A program made the translations under genes and the position numbers. Under the pieces are notes generated by a model, which made no database searches, was not told where the DNA came from, and worked only from the letters and a program-made list of their open reading frames with translations. This document shows positions 42,250 to 57,400 of a stretch of DNA of 64,000 nt, piece by piece. Origin of the DNA: an uncultured Actinomycetes bacterium (GTDB taxonomy: Bacteria > Actinomycetota > Actinomycetes > S36-B12 > CAIYMF01). Location of the stretch: NCBI GenBank assembly GCA_963738455.1, contig CAVTWM010000002.1, positions 2,815 to 66,814 on the forward strand. The letters run 5' to 3'. Position 1 is the stretch's first letter. Every line of letters starts with the position of its first letter.

Positions 42250-44330
42250 GTGCCGACCTACCCCGATGCGCCGCGTCTCGACCTCGTCGACGACCTCCAC
42301 GGCCGCGCCGTCGCCGACCCCTACCGCTGGCTCGAGTCCCCCGAGGACCCGCGGACCGTCGCCTGGTCCGCGGCCCAGGACGCCCTGTTCCAGGAGGAGC
42401 GCGCGCAGTGGACGAGCGCCGAGCGGTTCCACGAGCGGGTCGCCGAGCTGCTCAGCGCCGGCGGGGTGTCGCCGTCGGTGTTCCGCGGCGACCGCGCGTT
42501 CTTCATGCGCCGGACCGGCGAGCAGCAGTTCGCCGTGCTGTGGACCGTCGAGCCGGACGGCACCGAGCGCGTCCTGCTGGACCCGATCGCGATCGACCCG
42601 AGCGGCCTCACCACGCTCGACGCCTGGCAGCCGAGCAAGGAGGGCGACCTCCTCGCCTACCAGCTCTCCGTCGGCGGCGACGAGGAGTCCACGGTCTACG
42701 TGATCGACGTCCGGTCCGGACGGCTCGTCGACGGTCCCATCGACCGCGCGCGCTACTCGCCCATCGCCTGGCTCCCGGGGGGCACCGCCTACTACTACGT
42801 GCGCCGGCTCGATCCCGCGCTCCTGCCGGTGGACGAGGAGCAGTTCCACCGGCGCGTGTGGCTGCACCGGCTCGGCGCCGACCCGGATACCGACGTCGAG
42901 ATCTTCGGTGCCGGTCGCACGATCACGAACTACTACGGCGTCGGGGTCAGCCGCGACGGGCGCTGGCTGGAGATCTCCAGCCAGGAGGGCACCGAGCCGC
43001 GCAACGACCTCTGGATCGCCGACCTCACCACGTCACCGCCCGAGGCACCCGAGCTGGTCGAGGTGCAGGTCGACGTCGACGCGCAGACCGTCGCTGACGT
43101 TCGGCCGTGACGGCCGGGCCTACGTCAGCACCGACCGCGACAGCCCGCGCGGACGGATCGCCGTCGTGGACCCCACCACCCCGACCGTCGAGAACTGGGT
43201 CGACCTCATCCCCGAGGATCCCGCCGCGGTGCTGGAGGACTTCGCGATCCTCGACGGCGACGAGCTCGAGCGCCCGCTGATCGCCGTGTCCTGGACGCTG
43301 CACACCGTCGGCGCGCTGTCGCTGCACGACCTCGAGACGGGCGAGCGGGTCGCCGACGTCCCGCTGCCCGGCGTGGGCACTCTCGGCGGGCTCGTCGAGC
43401 GCCCCGAGGGCGGGCCGGTGATCTGGTTCGTCTACACCGACTACACGACCCTGCCCAACGTCTACAGCTACGACGCCCGCACCCACGAGGTCGCGCTCTA
43501 CGCCACGCCCCCCGGCACCGTCGACGTGCCCGCGGTGCACAGCCGCCAGGTCACCTACACCTCGGCCGACGGCACCGAGGTCCGGATGTTCGTCCTGTCC
43601 CCGGCGGCGGAAGCGGACGAGCCTCGGCCCGCGATCCTTTATGGCTACGGCGGTTTCGGCATCGCGATGCAGCCGGCCTACTCCGCCACGGTGCTCGCCT
43701 GGGTCGAGGCCGGCGGTGTCTACGCCGTCGCCGGCCTCCGCGGCGGTGGCGAGGAGGGCGAGGACTGGCACCGCGCAGGGATGCTCGGCAACAAGCAGAA
43801 CGTGTTCGACGACTTCCACGCGGCTGCCGAATAGCTCGTCGAGCACGGCTGGACGACGCCGGCCCAGCTCGCCATCAACGGGGGCAGCAACGGCGGACTG
43901 CTCGTCGGTGCCGCGCTCACCCAGCGCCCCGACCTCTACGGCACCGTCGTGTGCGTCGCGCCGCTGCTCGACATGGTCCGCTACACGACGTCGAAGCTCG
44001 GCCCGCACCTGGACCGTCGAGTACGGCGACCCCGCCGTCCCCGAGGAGCTCGACTGGATCCTCGGGTACTCGCCGTACCACAACGTCGACGACGGCAAGG
44101 ACTACCCGGCCACGCTGTTCCTGGTGTTCGACAACGACACCCGCACCGACCCGATGCACGGCCGCAAGCTGTGCGCGGCGCTGCAACGAGCCACCAGTGG
44201 CAGCCGGCCGATCCTCATCCGCGCCGAGGGCGACGTCGGCCACGGCGCACGATCCGTCTCGAAGTCGGTGGACGAGAGCGCGGCGATGCTCGCGTTCACG
44301 GCGAGATGGACGGGACTCCCGGCCAGGTAG
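42250..44330 (+). CDS. Prolyl oligopeptidase (S9A), with frameshifts and one in-frame TAG
   Basis: [35 protein letters not shown] (after TAG 43832-43834), DTRT and GHG. Confidence 0.92.
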
Positions 44331-44340
44331 GCTCGCAGCC

Positions 44341-45315
44341 GTGATCGTTGCCGCCATCGACTGGCCCGACCTCCTGGCCGCGGACGAGGCGTGGTGGAGG
44401 TCCGCGCTGTCCTGGGTCGGCACTTACGCGCTCACGATCATCGTCACGATCGCGGTGTCGGTCATCCTCTGGTGGATCATCATCCGGCTGATCCGCCGCG
44501 TCACCGACGACGCCAAGAGCCGGCTCAAGCAGGACCGTCCGGGGCAGATCCGCAACTCCGAGCACACGCAGGAGCTCACCGCCGTCCTCATGACCGCGCG
44601 GCGCGAGCAGCGCGCCGAGGCGATGGGTCAGCTGCTCCGCAGCATCACCACGTTCACCATCGTGGGCGTCGCATCGCTCCTCGTGCTGGCGCAGATGGGC
44701 GTCAACCTCGCGCCGCTCATCGCGAGCGCCGGGATCATCGGCGTCGCCCTCGGTTTCGGCGCGCAGACCCTGGTGAAGGACTTCCTCTCCGGGATCTTCC
44801 TGGTGCTCGAGGACCAGTTCGGGGTGGGCGACGTCGTCGACCTGGGACCGGCCATCGGGACCGTGGAGGAGGTCACGCTCCGCATCACCCGGGTGCGCGA
44901 CATGTCCGGCGTGGTCTGGTACGTGCGCAACGGCGAGATCCTGCGCGTCGGCAACAGGTCGCAGGGCTGGACGATGGCCGTGGTCGACCTGCCCATCGCC
45001 TACAACGAGGATCTCGACCGGGTGCGCCGCATCGTCGAGTCGGTCGGCGTCGAGATGGACGGCGACTCGGCGTACGACGGAGTTCTCTTCGGCACGCCGC
45101 TCTACGCCGGCGTCGAGAGCGTGAGCGGTGACGCCGTGTTCGTGCGGGTCACCGCGAAGGCGGCACCGGACCAGCAGATGGCCGCGGCCCGCGCCGTCCG
45201 GGAGCGGCTCAAGCGCGCGTTCGACGAGGCCGGGGTGCGCATGCCGATCCTGGCCCGCCCGGCCGGACCTGGCATGCCCGGCGCACCTCCCCCGGCCGGC
45301 GGCCCGCCCGCCTGA
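44341..45315 (+). CDS. Small-conductance mechanosensitive channel (MscS family)
   Basis: [32 protein letters not shown] and VRNGEI. Confidence 0.93.
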   Translation: MIVAAIDWPDLLAADEAWWRSALSWVGTYALTIIVTIAVSVILWWIIIRLIRRVTDDAKSRLKQDRPGQIRNSEHTQELTAVLMTARREQRAEAMGQLLRSITTFTIVGVASLLVLAQMGVNLAPLIASAGIIGVALGFGAQTLVKDFLSGIFLVLEDQFGVGDVVDLGPAIGTVEEVTLRITRVRDMSGVVWYVRNGEILRVGNRSQGWTMAVVDLPIAYNEDLDRVRRIVESVGVEMDGDSAYDGVLFGTPLYAGVESVSGDAVFVRVTAKAAPDQQMAAARAVRERLKRAFDEAGVRMPILARPAGPGMPGAPPPAGGPPA

Positions 45316-45375
45316 CCCCCGCTCCTGCCACCGCCACGTGGTGCGCACCGGCGACGACGGCTCCACACTGTGCCC

Positions 45376-46884
45376 ATGCGCTGCCTCGTCACCGGAGCCA
45401 CCGGCTACATCGGCGGACGTCTCGTCCCCGAGCTGCTCGCCGCCGGCTACGAGGTACGCGTCCTGGCCCGTCATCCCGAGCGCCTCACCGACCGCACCTG
45501 GGTGGACGACGTCGAGGTGGTCAGCGGTGACGCCACCGATCCCGACGCGATGACCGCGGCGCTGCACGGGGTCGACGTCGCCTACTACCTGCTGCACTCG
45601 CTGATGAGCGGCGACGGCTTCGAGGACCTCGAGCTGCGCATCGCGCAGGTGTTCGCCGACACGGCTCGCGAGCAGGGGGTCGAGCGCATCGTGTACCTCG
45701 GCGGGCTCCAGCCGCACATCGCGACGCGCGACCTCTCCGAGCACCTGCGCAGCCGGGGCCGCGTCGGCGAGATCCTGCTGGGCAGCGGGGTGCCCACGGC
45801 CGAGCTGCGCGCGGCCGTCATCATCGGGAGCGGCTCCGCCAGCTTCGAGATGATCCGCCACCTCACGGAGCGGCTGCCCGTGATGGTGACGCCGAGATGG
45901 CTCCGCACGCCCACCCAGCCGATCGCCATCCGCGACGTCCTCTACTACCTCGTGCGCTGCGCCGCGCTCCCGCCGGAGGTCAACCGGGCCTTCGAGATCG
46001 GCGGGCCGGACCGGACGACCTACCAGGGCATGATCGACGGCTACGCCCGCGTGGCCGGCCTCCGCAAGCGCGTGATCGTCGCGGTTCCCGTGCTGTCGCC
46101 ACGCCTGTCGAGCCGGTGGATCGGACTGGTCACGCCGGTGCCGCGTGCGATGGCCGGGCCGCTCGTCGAGAGCCTCTCGATGGAGTCGGTGTGCACCGAG
46201 CACGACATCGCGCGACACATCCCCGATCCGCCCGAGGGGCTGCTCCCCTACGAACGCGCCGTCCACCTGGCGCTCAACAAGATCCAGCAGGCCGAGGTGC
46301 GCACCACCTGGTCGAGCTCGAGCGTTCCCGGAGCACCGAGCGACCCGCTCCCGTCCGACCCCGACTGGGCGGGCGGCTCGCTCTACGTCGACGAGCGAGA
46401 GACCCTCGTGGACGCCTCCCCCGCCGCGCTGTGGAGCGTGATCGAGGGGCTGGGCGGCGACCGCGGCTACTACTCGTTCCCGCTCGCCTGGGAGGTGCGC
46501 GGCTGGATCGACCGGCTCGCCGGCGGAGTGGGCCTCGCCCGAGGGCGACGCGACCCGAACCGGCTGCGGGTGGGCGACCCCCTCGACTTCTGGCGGGTCG
46601 AGGAGCGCGTCCCCGAGCAGCTGCTGCGGCTTCGCGCCGAGATGCGGCTGCCCGGCCTCGCGTGGCTCGAGCTGGCCATCCGCACCGTGCCCGGCCCGCG
46701 GGGGCGCCCGGTGACCGTCTACACGCAGCGGGCGCTCTTCCACCCGCGCGGGCTACCGGGCCAGGCCTACTGGACCGCGATGGCGCCGTTCCACGGCTTG
46801 ATCTTCGGGCCGATGCTCACCCACATCCGAGAGCTGGCCGAGGCGATCGGCTACGACGAGGAGCGCCTGGCCGAGTCGGCCTGA
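45376..46884 (+). CDS. Atypical SDR oxidoreductase with DUF2867 domain (YbjT-like)
   Basis: VTGATGYIGG, HLRSR, GSGSASFEM and C-terminal LDFWRVE...LRLRAEMRLPG. Confidence 0.92.
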   Translation: MRCLVTGATGYIGGRLVPELLAAGYEVRVLARHPERLTDRTWVDDVEVVSGDATDPDAMTAALHGVDVAYYLLHSLMSGDGFEDLELRIAQVFADTAREQGVERIVYLGGLQPHIATRDLSEHLRSRGRVGEILLGSGVPTAELRAAVIIGSGSASFEMIRHLTERLPVMVTPRWLRTPTQPIAIRDVLYYLVRCAALPPEVNRAFEIGGPDRTTYQGMIDGYARVAGLRKRVIVAVPVLSPRLSSRWIGLVTPVPRAMAGPLVESLSMESVCTEHDIARHIPDPPEGLLPYERAVHLALNKIQQAEVRTTWSSSSVPGAPSDPLPSDPDWAGGSLYVDERETLVDASPAALWSVIEGLGGDRGYYSFPLAWEVRGWIDRLAGGVGLARGRRDPNRLRVGDPLDFWRVEERVPEQLLRLRAEMRLPGLAWLELAIRTVPGPRGRPVTVYTQRALFHPRGLPGQAYWTAMAPFHGLIFGPMLTHIRELAEAIGYDEERLAESA

Positions 46885-46970
46885 TCGGGCGCGCAGCGAC
46901 GAGGCCGCCGATCGCCACACGCCGGGACCGTGCGCACGGCCCGAGCGCCGTCGACGGCACAATGGGGGCC

Positions 46971-47404
46971 ATGTCGTCGCAACCGACCCCGTACGCCGAG
47001 ATGGGTGGCGCGGACTTCTTCGCCACCCTGGTCCACCGCTTCTACGAAGGGGTCGCCGGTGATCCGGTGCTGCGTCCCCTGTACCCCGAAGCCGACCTCG
47101 GCCCGGCCGAGCACCGGCTGCGCATGTTCCTCGAGCAGTACTGGGGCGGACCGACCACCTACTCCGAGGAGCGCGGTCACCCGCGGCTGCGGATGCGCCA
47201 CCTCCCGTTCGCGATCGACGACGACGCGCGCGACCGCTGGCTCGCGCACATGAAGGACGGGCTCGACGCCGCCATCGCCGAGCACGGGCTCGACCCTGCG
47301 CTCAAGGTCGAGCTGTGGCGCTACCTCGTGGGTGCCGCGATGGCCATGGTGAACACCGACTCCGACGCGCCGCGCCCGGGACTCACCGTGCACGAGGTGC
47401 AGAC

Positions 47405-47408
<4 letters not shown>
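46971..47408 (+). CDS. glbO: Group II truncated hemoglobin
   Basis: FYEGV, FLEQYWGGPTTYSEERGHPRLRMRH and RDRWLAHM. Confidence 0.93.
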
Positions 47409-49083
<1,675 letters not shown>

Positions 49084-49087
<4 letters not shown>

Positions 49088-50376
49088 CCTGGAGGCACCG
49101 CGCCTGGGTCGTCGCCGCGGTCACGTTCCTCGTGCTCGTGGCCTCGGCCGCCTTCCGCTCGAGCACCGGTGTCCTGCTCGAGCCCGTCGCGGACGACTTC
49201 GGCTGGTCGCGCACCACCGTCTCGTTCGCCGTGCTGGTGAACCTCGCCCTCTACGGCCTCGTGGCACCGTTCGCCGCCGCGCTGATGGAGAAGTGGGGCA
49301 TCCGCCGGGTCGTCGCCGCCGCGCTCGTCCTGCTCTCGCTGGGCATGGGCCTCACGACCGTGATGACCGAGCCCTGGCAGCTGGTGCTGCTGTGGGGCGT
49401 CCTGCTCGGCTTCGGAGCGGGGTGCCTCGCCCTCGTCTTCGGTGCGGTCGTGGCCCAGCGTTGGTTCGTCTCCCGGCGCGGCCTGGTCACCGGCGTCTTC
49501 TCCGCCGCCTCGGCGACCGGGCAGCTCATCTTCCTGCCCACCATCGCGCGCCTGGTGGTCGACAACGGGTGGCGGTCCGCGACCCTGCTGCTCGCGGCCC
49601 TCGCACTCGCCATGGTTCCGCTCGTGCTCCTGTTCCTGCGCGACCGACCTGCCGACGTCGGCGTCCTCCCGTACGGCGCACCCGCCGGCTACGTCGAGCC
49701 GGCGCAGCTCGACGTCGGCATGGGAGCCGGCCGCCTCGCCCTGCTGCGCCTGCGCGAGGCGTCCCGCACGCGCGCCTTCTGGCTGCTCGCGGCGGGATTC
49801 TTCGTGTGCGGCTGGTCGACCAACGGCCTCGTCGGCACGCACTTCGTGCCCGCCGCGCACGACCACGGCCTCCCCACCACGACGGCCGCCGGACTGCTCG
49901 CGCTGATCGGCGTCTTCGACCTCGTCGGGACGATCGGGTCGGGCTGGCTCACCGACCGCTACAACCCCCGCGTGCTGCTGCTGGTCTACTACGCGCTGCG
50001 CGGCGTCTCGCAGCTCATCGTGCACCTGCTCTGGGCGCCTACGGTGCAGCCGCCGATGTTCTTCTTCGTCGTCCTCTACGGGCTCGACTGGGTGGCGACG
50101 GTGCCGCCCACGGTGGCGCTGTGCCGGGAGTGCTTCGGCGCGCAGCGCGCCGGCGTGGTGTTCGGCTGGGTCTTCGCCTCGCACATGGTGGGGGCCGGCG
50201 TGTCGGCGCTGGTCGCGGGCATGATCCGACAGTCCACCGGCAGCTACGACATCGCGTGGTGGACCTCCGGCGTCCTGTGCCTCGGCGCCGCGGTGGCCAG
50301 CTGGGCCATCCCGCACGGAGACCAGCTGCAACGCTCGGAGGCTCCCGACCGCGACCCCGCCCTCACCCCGGGCTGA
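49084..50376 (+). CDS. MFS transporter
   Basis: About 12 TM segments; RWFVSRRGLVTG, SGWLTDR and YGLDWVATVPPT; GTGA overlap with the upstream gene. Confidence 0.92.
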
Positions 50377-50400
50377 CCGCTCGCGCCGTCGAGGGACGGG

Positions 50401-51045
50401 TCAGGCGTCGGCGCCGACGAGGACCCGCTCGTACGCCGGCATCGTCCCCGCGGCGACGCGACGACGGCCGAGCTCGACCATCGTGACCACGCCGTTGGTG
50501 GACAGTGCCATGACGGCGCTGACGACCACCGGAAGGTCGAGGGTGAGGACGGCGAAGCTCAGCCAGCACAGCTGCGAGGCGAGCTTCAGCGCCTGGGAGG
50601 ACAGCGAGATCGCCGACGGACCCATGCCGCGGCGGGCCCACACGGTCTCGTAGACCTGCGGCCACATGCCGCCCACCCCGATGCCGAAGGCGAGGAAGCC
50701 GACCTGCTCGGGCGTCAGCGTGGTCGACACCAGCAGCAGCACGGTGACGACGGAACCCATCAGCAGCGCGCGTGAGACGCGGCTCCAGGCCGCCGGCACG
50801 AGCAGGACGATGGCGACCGCGCCGCTGACGAGCAGCACGTTGCCCGGGATCTGCGGCAGCGAGAGCGTGCGGACGCCGTACGCCATCCAGAGCACGCAGG
50901 AGGTCGCCGTGAGGGCCCACGTCCACGGGGAGACGCCGCCCATCGACGGGTTGCGGAGGATCCGCTGGATCTGCGGGACCACCATGGCGACGCCGATGGC
51001 GGAGCCGAGGTAGGCGAGGCCCAGGGCGAGGGTCGAGATGCTCAC
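50401..51045 (-). CDS. PQ-loop / SWEET-like transporter with two repeats
   Basis: VVPQIQRI...GVSPWTW...LWMAYG and a second repeat GMWPQVYETV...LCWLSF. Confidence 0.78.
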   Translation of the reverse strand: MSISTLALGLAYLGSAIGVAMVVPQIQRILRNPSMGGVSPWTWALTATSCVLWMAYGVRTLSLPQIPGNVLLVSGAVAIVLLVPAAWSRVSRALLMGSVVTVLLLVSTTLTPEQVGFLAFGIGVGGMWPQVYETVWARRGMGPSAISLSSQALKLASQLCWLSFAVLTLDLPVVVSAVMALSTNGVVTMVELGRRRVAAGTMPAYERVLVGADA

Positions 51046-51066
51046 TGGCGTGTCTGCTTCCGTGTT

Positions 51067-51096
51067 CTTTATCGATACAGACTGGAACGATACAGT
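51067..51096. promoter_or_regulatory. Tandem putative LacI-family operators
   Basis: CTTTATCGATACAG and ACTGGAACGATACAGT, CG-centred near-palindromes in the divergent gap between the transporter and lacI. Confidence 0.6.
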
Positions 51097-51139
51097 ACGA
51101 GGCACGCAGCAGGGAAGCCGATACCCGCAGGAGGTCGCG

Positions 51140-52206
51140 ATGGGCGAGGAGCGACCGACGCTCGACACCGTCGCACGTGCCGCCGGCGTGTCGCGGATGA
51201 CGGTCTCCAACGCCTACAACCGGCCCGACCAGCTCTCGCTCCGCGACCCGCGAGCGGGTCCTCGCGATCGCCGACGAGCTCGGCTACTGCGGGCCGGATC
51301 CGGCGGCGCGGTCGCTGCGCCGGCGGAGCTCCGGCACGGTCGGCGTGCTGCTCACCGAGCGGCTGGAGTACGCCTTCACCGACCCCGGCATGGTCGGGCT
51401 GCTGCGCGGCCTCGCCGCGGAGCTGGGCGCTGCGGGTCAGTCGATGCTGCTCGTGCCGTCGGAGGCCGACGACGTCGGCGACGTGGTGCGCAGCGCGCTG
51501 GTCGACGCCTTCATCGTGTGCTCGATGGACGTGCACGACGAGGCAGTCGCCGCCGTGCGGCAGCGGCGGCTCCCCCTGGTGACCGTGGGCCACCCGAAGC
51601 TGCCCGGCGTACCGATCATCGGCATCGACAACGCCCGCGCCGCGGCCCTCGCCGCGGACCACCTGCTGGGCCTCGGCCACCGCCGGTTCGGCGTGGTCGG
51701 GCTCCCGGGTCGCGACCCGGGTGACACCGAGCACCGCGACATCCCGGTGCGCACCGGCCTGCGCGACCGGGTCGAGGGCTTCCGGCGGGCGATCTCGGCC
51801 CGGGCCCGCACCTCGCTCACCCTCGTGGACGCGACCGTCCACACGCACGAGGAGGGGCTCCGGGTGGCGCGCGAGCTGCTCGACGTGCCGACATCGCGGC
51901 GCCCCACCGCCGTCTTCGCCGTGACCGACGTGCTCGCCTTCGGTGTGCTCGAGGTGGCCCGCGACCTGGGCATCTCCGTCCCGCGACGACCTCTCGGTCG
52001 TCGGCTTCGACGACATCGAGGAGGCGCACCGGGCGACTCCCGCGCTCACGACGGTCTCGCAGGACCTGCAGGCGAAGGGGCGGATCGCCGCGCGTACCGT
52101 GCTCGATCTCGTCGCGGGCGGCACGCCGAGGACGCCACGGCTGTCCGCCGAGCTCGTGGTCCGCGAGTCCACCGGGCCGGCCCCGTCAGCCGCACGGTCC
52201 CGCTGA
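51140..52206 (+). CDS. LacI family transcriptional regulator, frameshifted
   Basis: PTLDTVARAAGVSRMTVSNAYN, IDN, LGHRR, PTAVFAVTD, SVVGFDD, LTTV and LVVREST. Confidence 0.93.
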
Positions 52207-52450
52207 CCGCACCCCTCGGCCCTTCCCCTCGACCGCTCCGACGCCGATGCGGTCGTGCGACCAGGACGCGCCAGGCTCCATGGCCCACGCTCCTCGAGAC
52301 CTGGCCCGCGGCCGGTCGCTGGGGACGATGACGGCCGGGCTGCGGGGACGACGTCTGCCGGCCCGGCAACCCGCGACGGAGGGCGAGCGGCAGTGCCGCC
52401 TCCGCACGTGCCCGCCATGCGCCACCCCTCGACCGACGGCGCGCGCAGGG

Positions 52451-53795
<1,345 letters not shown>

Positions 53796-53802
<7 letters not shown>

Positions 53803-53838
53803 GTGTTCGATTCTAGGTCACGACGATCACGCCGTCAA
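53796..53838 (-). promoter_or_regulatory. SigA-type promoter with an overlapping LexA-like half-site; leaderless start
   Basis: Minus strand reads TTGACG-N17-TAGAAT-CGAACAC-ATG; CGAAC-ACAT-GTCCA resembles the CGAAC-N4-GTTCG SOS box. Confidence 0.65.
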
Positions 53839-53932
53839 CCCCGAAAGAGCCCTGGGGACAACTACTTTCAGCGATCTGCCGCTGCGCTCCGTGAGGGATC
53901 CACGACGGTGCCACGTGTGCCGTCACCGCCTG

Positions 53933-54406
53933 TCAGTACTTGATCCATTCGACGTCCACGCACAACTCGCCGTCGAGCAGCAGGCAGGTGTCCGAGCCCA
54001 GCCCGCCGAAGAGGTGGTCGAGCCCGACACCGCCCGACAGGTAGTCGTCGCCGTCGCCGCCGTACGCCGTGTCGTCGCCGAGGTCGCCGAACAGGCAGTC
54101 GCCGCCGGCATCGCCGTAGATGGTGTCGACGCCCGGCCCGCCGTGCACGATGTCGGCTCCCCCACCGCCGTAGATCGTGTCGTTGCCGCCCATGCCCTGG
54201 ATGGTCTCGGCCAGCTTGGTACCCACGAGCACGTCGTTGCCGGTTGTTCCGGTGATGGTCGCCGTGGTCGGCGCGCAGGTGGCCTCACCCAGCCCGCCGC
54301 CCACCGGTGGGGCAACGGCCGAGGCCGGCGCGGCCGACGCGACCAGGAGACATGCGGCGGCCGCGGCCGCCACCGACAGGGCGGCTCGGATGCTGTGCGA
54401 CGTCAT
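53933..54406 (-). CDS. Small secreted Ca2+-binding protein with RTX-type GGxGxD repeats
   Basis: Signal peptide ending PASA; GMGGNDTI, GGGGADIV, GGPGVDTI, GGDGDDYL and GGLGSDTC repeats. Confidence 0.88.
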   Translation of the reverse strand: MTSHSIRAALSVAAAAAACLLVASAAPASAVAPPVGGGLGEATCAPTTATITGTTGNDVLVGTKLAETIQGMGGNDTIYGGGGADIVHGGPGVDTIYGDAGGDCLFGDLGDDTAYGGDGDDYLSGGVGLDHLFGGLGSDTCLLLDGELCVDVEWIKY

Positions 54407-54448
54407 GGGATTGCCTTCCACCGAGGGTGTCGTGCGGTCGGCAGGAAG

Positions 54449-54478
54449 GCTGTCAGCCGGGCGTCAGCACAGCGTCAC
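54449..54478 (-). promoter_or_regulatory. 11-bp-phased TGAC direct repeats (SARP/BTAD-type site)
   Basis: GTCA on the plus strand at 54452, 54463 and 54474 (minus strand GTGAC, GCTGAC, GCTGAC), upstream of the RTX gene. Confidence 0.6.
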
Positions 54479-57400
54479 AACGGCGCAGGGCCACTGCCAC
54501 GCAGCAGCGACTCGCTCGGCTCGGGCGCGTCGATGGAGCGCATCGCCGCAGCCCATCGCTCCCAGGCACGGCGCGCCTCGCCGTGCCGGCCCGAGTCGAC
54601 GAGCACGCCGACGAGCTGGCGGTGCGCCGACTCGTCGAGCGGGTCCGCGGCGAGGAGGCGGACGAGCGTGGTGATCGCCTGGTCCGGCTCGCCGAGCTGG
54701 ATCGAGAGCTCCGCCGACGTGCGCAGCGCCCTGATCCAGGCCGCCCGGGTCTCCTCGCGCAGCGGCTCCGCCCACTCCTCGTACGGCTCCTCGTCGAAGG
54801 CGTCACCGCGGTAGGCGGAATCGACCTCCAGCAGCAGCTCCCGGGCACGCCCGACGTCACCGGACCTGCCGAGCTGCTCCGCATGGGTGGCGTCGCGCAT
54901 GAGGTCCAGCGCGTCCACCGTCACATGGGTCAGGTCGAGCGACACCCCGGCGGCGTCCGCCCGGATGTAGTGGTCCGGGTCCCACGCCTTGGCCGGGTCC
55001 AGCACCCCGCGGACGACCGACAGGAGGACGGAGAGCCGGTGAGCGGTGCGCTGCGGCTCGTCGTCCGGCCACAGGATCTCGCACACCTCGCCCCGAGGGA
55101 TGGGTCGGCCGCGTCGAGCCGCCAGCATCTTCACGAGGGTCCTGGCCTGCCGGGACCGCCACGCGGTCATGCGGACCGGTCGACCCCCGGCGACAACCTC
55201 GAAACCGCCCAGCACCCGCACGTGCAGCGGGGCGGACACGCCCTCCGCGGGAAGCGCCGGGTCTCCCGCGACGGCACGGACACCGAGCGACAGGAGGCGG
55301 TGCCCCGCCTCGCGGGCCGCGACGCGATCCGATCCGACCGCGCCGGGCAGGCGACCGAGCAGCACGAGGATCCGGTCCGCGGAGGGCAGCGCGCCGGACG
55401 CTGTCCAGAGGGCGAGCGCCTCGTGCAGATGGCTGCGCGCCACGTCGACGTCCGAGCTGACCGCCGCGGCGAGCTCGAGCGACTCGGCCAGCGCCGGGAC
55501 GGAGCGCCCGGTCCGTGCGGCCGTGATCGCCCGCTGCACGCGGTCCTGCGCGACCGCGAGGTCGCCCTCCGCGAGAGCCACCCAGCCGCGAGCCACGAGG
55601 GCGGAGGCCAGCTGCTCCGGTGGCGCCAGCGTCTCGGCCTCCGTCGCCGTCGCCCGGGCGGCGAGCAGGTCGTCGTCACCACCATCGAGCAGAAGCCGGG
55701 TGAGCCCCGAGAGCGCGGGGATGAGGACCTGCATCTCGCCGGCCGACCGCGCGTGCTCGACGGCCTCCTCGAGCGACATGCGGGCCTGCTCCCGCCGACC
55801 GAGCAGGCGGCCCACCTCGCCGAGCCCGAGGAGCCCGGGAGCTGTCCGTCGCAAGCCGGCCCGACGGGAGATGCGAACTGACCGATCGAACGCGAATGCC
55901 GCCTCGTCGTAACGTCCGAGCCTCGTGAGCGCCTCGCCCACGTTGTAGAGCGCCGTGACCACGATCCCCGGCGGCGCGCCCTGCTGCGCCGCGCGTAGAG
56001 CCCGGACGCCGACCTCGAGAGCGGGCGCGTACCGGGCGTCCTCGAGGAGTCCGTCCGCCTGGTTGACCAGGATCCGGGACAGCGCGACGACGTCCCCGGC
56101 ACGGTCGGCCGCCTCGTGCGCGCGTCGGAGATGGGCCTCCCGGCGCTCGCCGGTCGCGGCCAGCGCCGCCCCGAGGTTGGCCGCCGCCCGAGCGCGGTCG
56201 TCTCCGGACGCGTCCGCACGGGTGAGGGCGTCGTCCGCGCACGTGCGGGACTCGTCGGCCTCCCCCACCATGAACAGCGCGGCGGCCCGCACCGACAAGA
56301 GCTGGACCGTGTCGAAGTCGGCGTCTGCGGGGGCCACCTCGAGCAGGGCCGCCGCGCACACGTCCAGCGCGGAGCGGAACTCGCCCGTGATGTAGTGCAC
56401 CATCGCCATCCGCCAGGCGAGGCCGGCCGTCCACCGACCGGCGCGGGCCGCGGCGACCAGTGGCTCGAGGGCGCGCGACGCACCGGAGGGATCACCCGCC
56501 ATCCGACGCGCGTCCCCGAGGATCAGCGAGACCCGACGGCTCCGGCGCGAGGCCGGGACATGCTCCAGCAGGCGCGAGACCTCGGCCGCACCGCCCGCGG
56601 CGAGCATCTCGTCGGAACGGCTCTCGACCAGGGCCGACGCACCGCGCCGGTCACCGATGTCGTCGCGGAGCACCGCGGCGGCGAGCGGGTAGCCGTGGGC
56701 CTCGTACCAGCTCGCCGCGGCGGCGCGCGCGGCACGGCGCGGTTCGGCGTCGCCCGGGACCGGCGCGCGAGCTCGGACCACCTCGGCGAGGACCGGGACC
56801 GGTCGCCAGACGTCGTGCCCGCGCGGGCCGCCCGACCGGAGGTCGGGCACGAGCAAGCCCGACCGCGTCAGCAGGTCGCAGGCGTCGCGAGCCCGGGCGC
56901 CGCCCGTTGCGCCATCCAGCCCGGCGAACGCGGCCAGGTCCGCGCAGAGCGCGGCGGTGACCGGACCCAGGTCCAGAACGAGGTGCAGCACCTGAAGTGC
57001 CGGGCCCGGGACGTCGACGAGCACCTGGCTCTCGAGCCACTGGGCCGCGGGAGCGCCCGGCCGAGCGAGTCCGGGCAGCAGCGCGGACGGGTCTGCACCC
57101 TGGCGACCGAGCAGGTCGCCCGCGTGATGGACCAGGGCCGGCCACCCTCCCGTGAGGTGGTGGACGAGCTCGGCGACGTCCGAGTCCGCGACCCCGTGCT
57201 CGTCGCGCAGCACCCGGGCGTTCGCCGACGGCGTGAGGGCCAGGTCCGCCGCCGTCCGGTCGGCGAGGCCATGGCGGAGCAGGCCCCGCGCGGCGGCACC
57301 CAGGGGTCGCCGGGAGGCCAGCGCGATGCGGACCGAGGCGGGCAGACCGGCCACGGCTGTGAGCAGAGCCGTGCGGCGCTGCGGTGAGAGCTCGTCCAGG

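Noticed and set aside
52225-52435. CCCCTCGACCG direct repeat 200 bp apart, downstream of the HNH gene
   Set aside because: Only 11 bp and GC-rich, and it does not bracket the gene, so it is not supportable as a target-site duplication.
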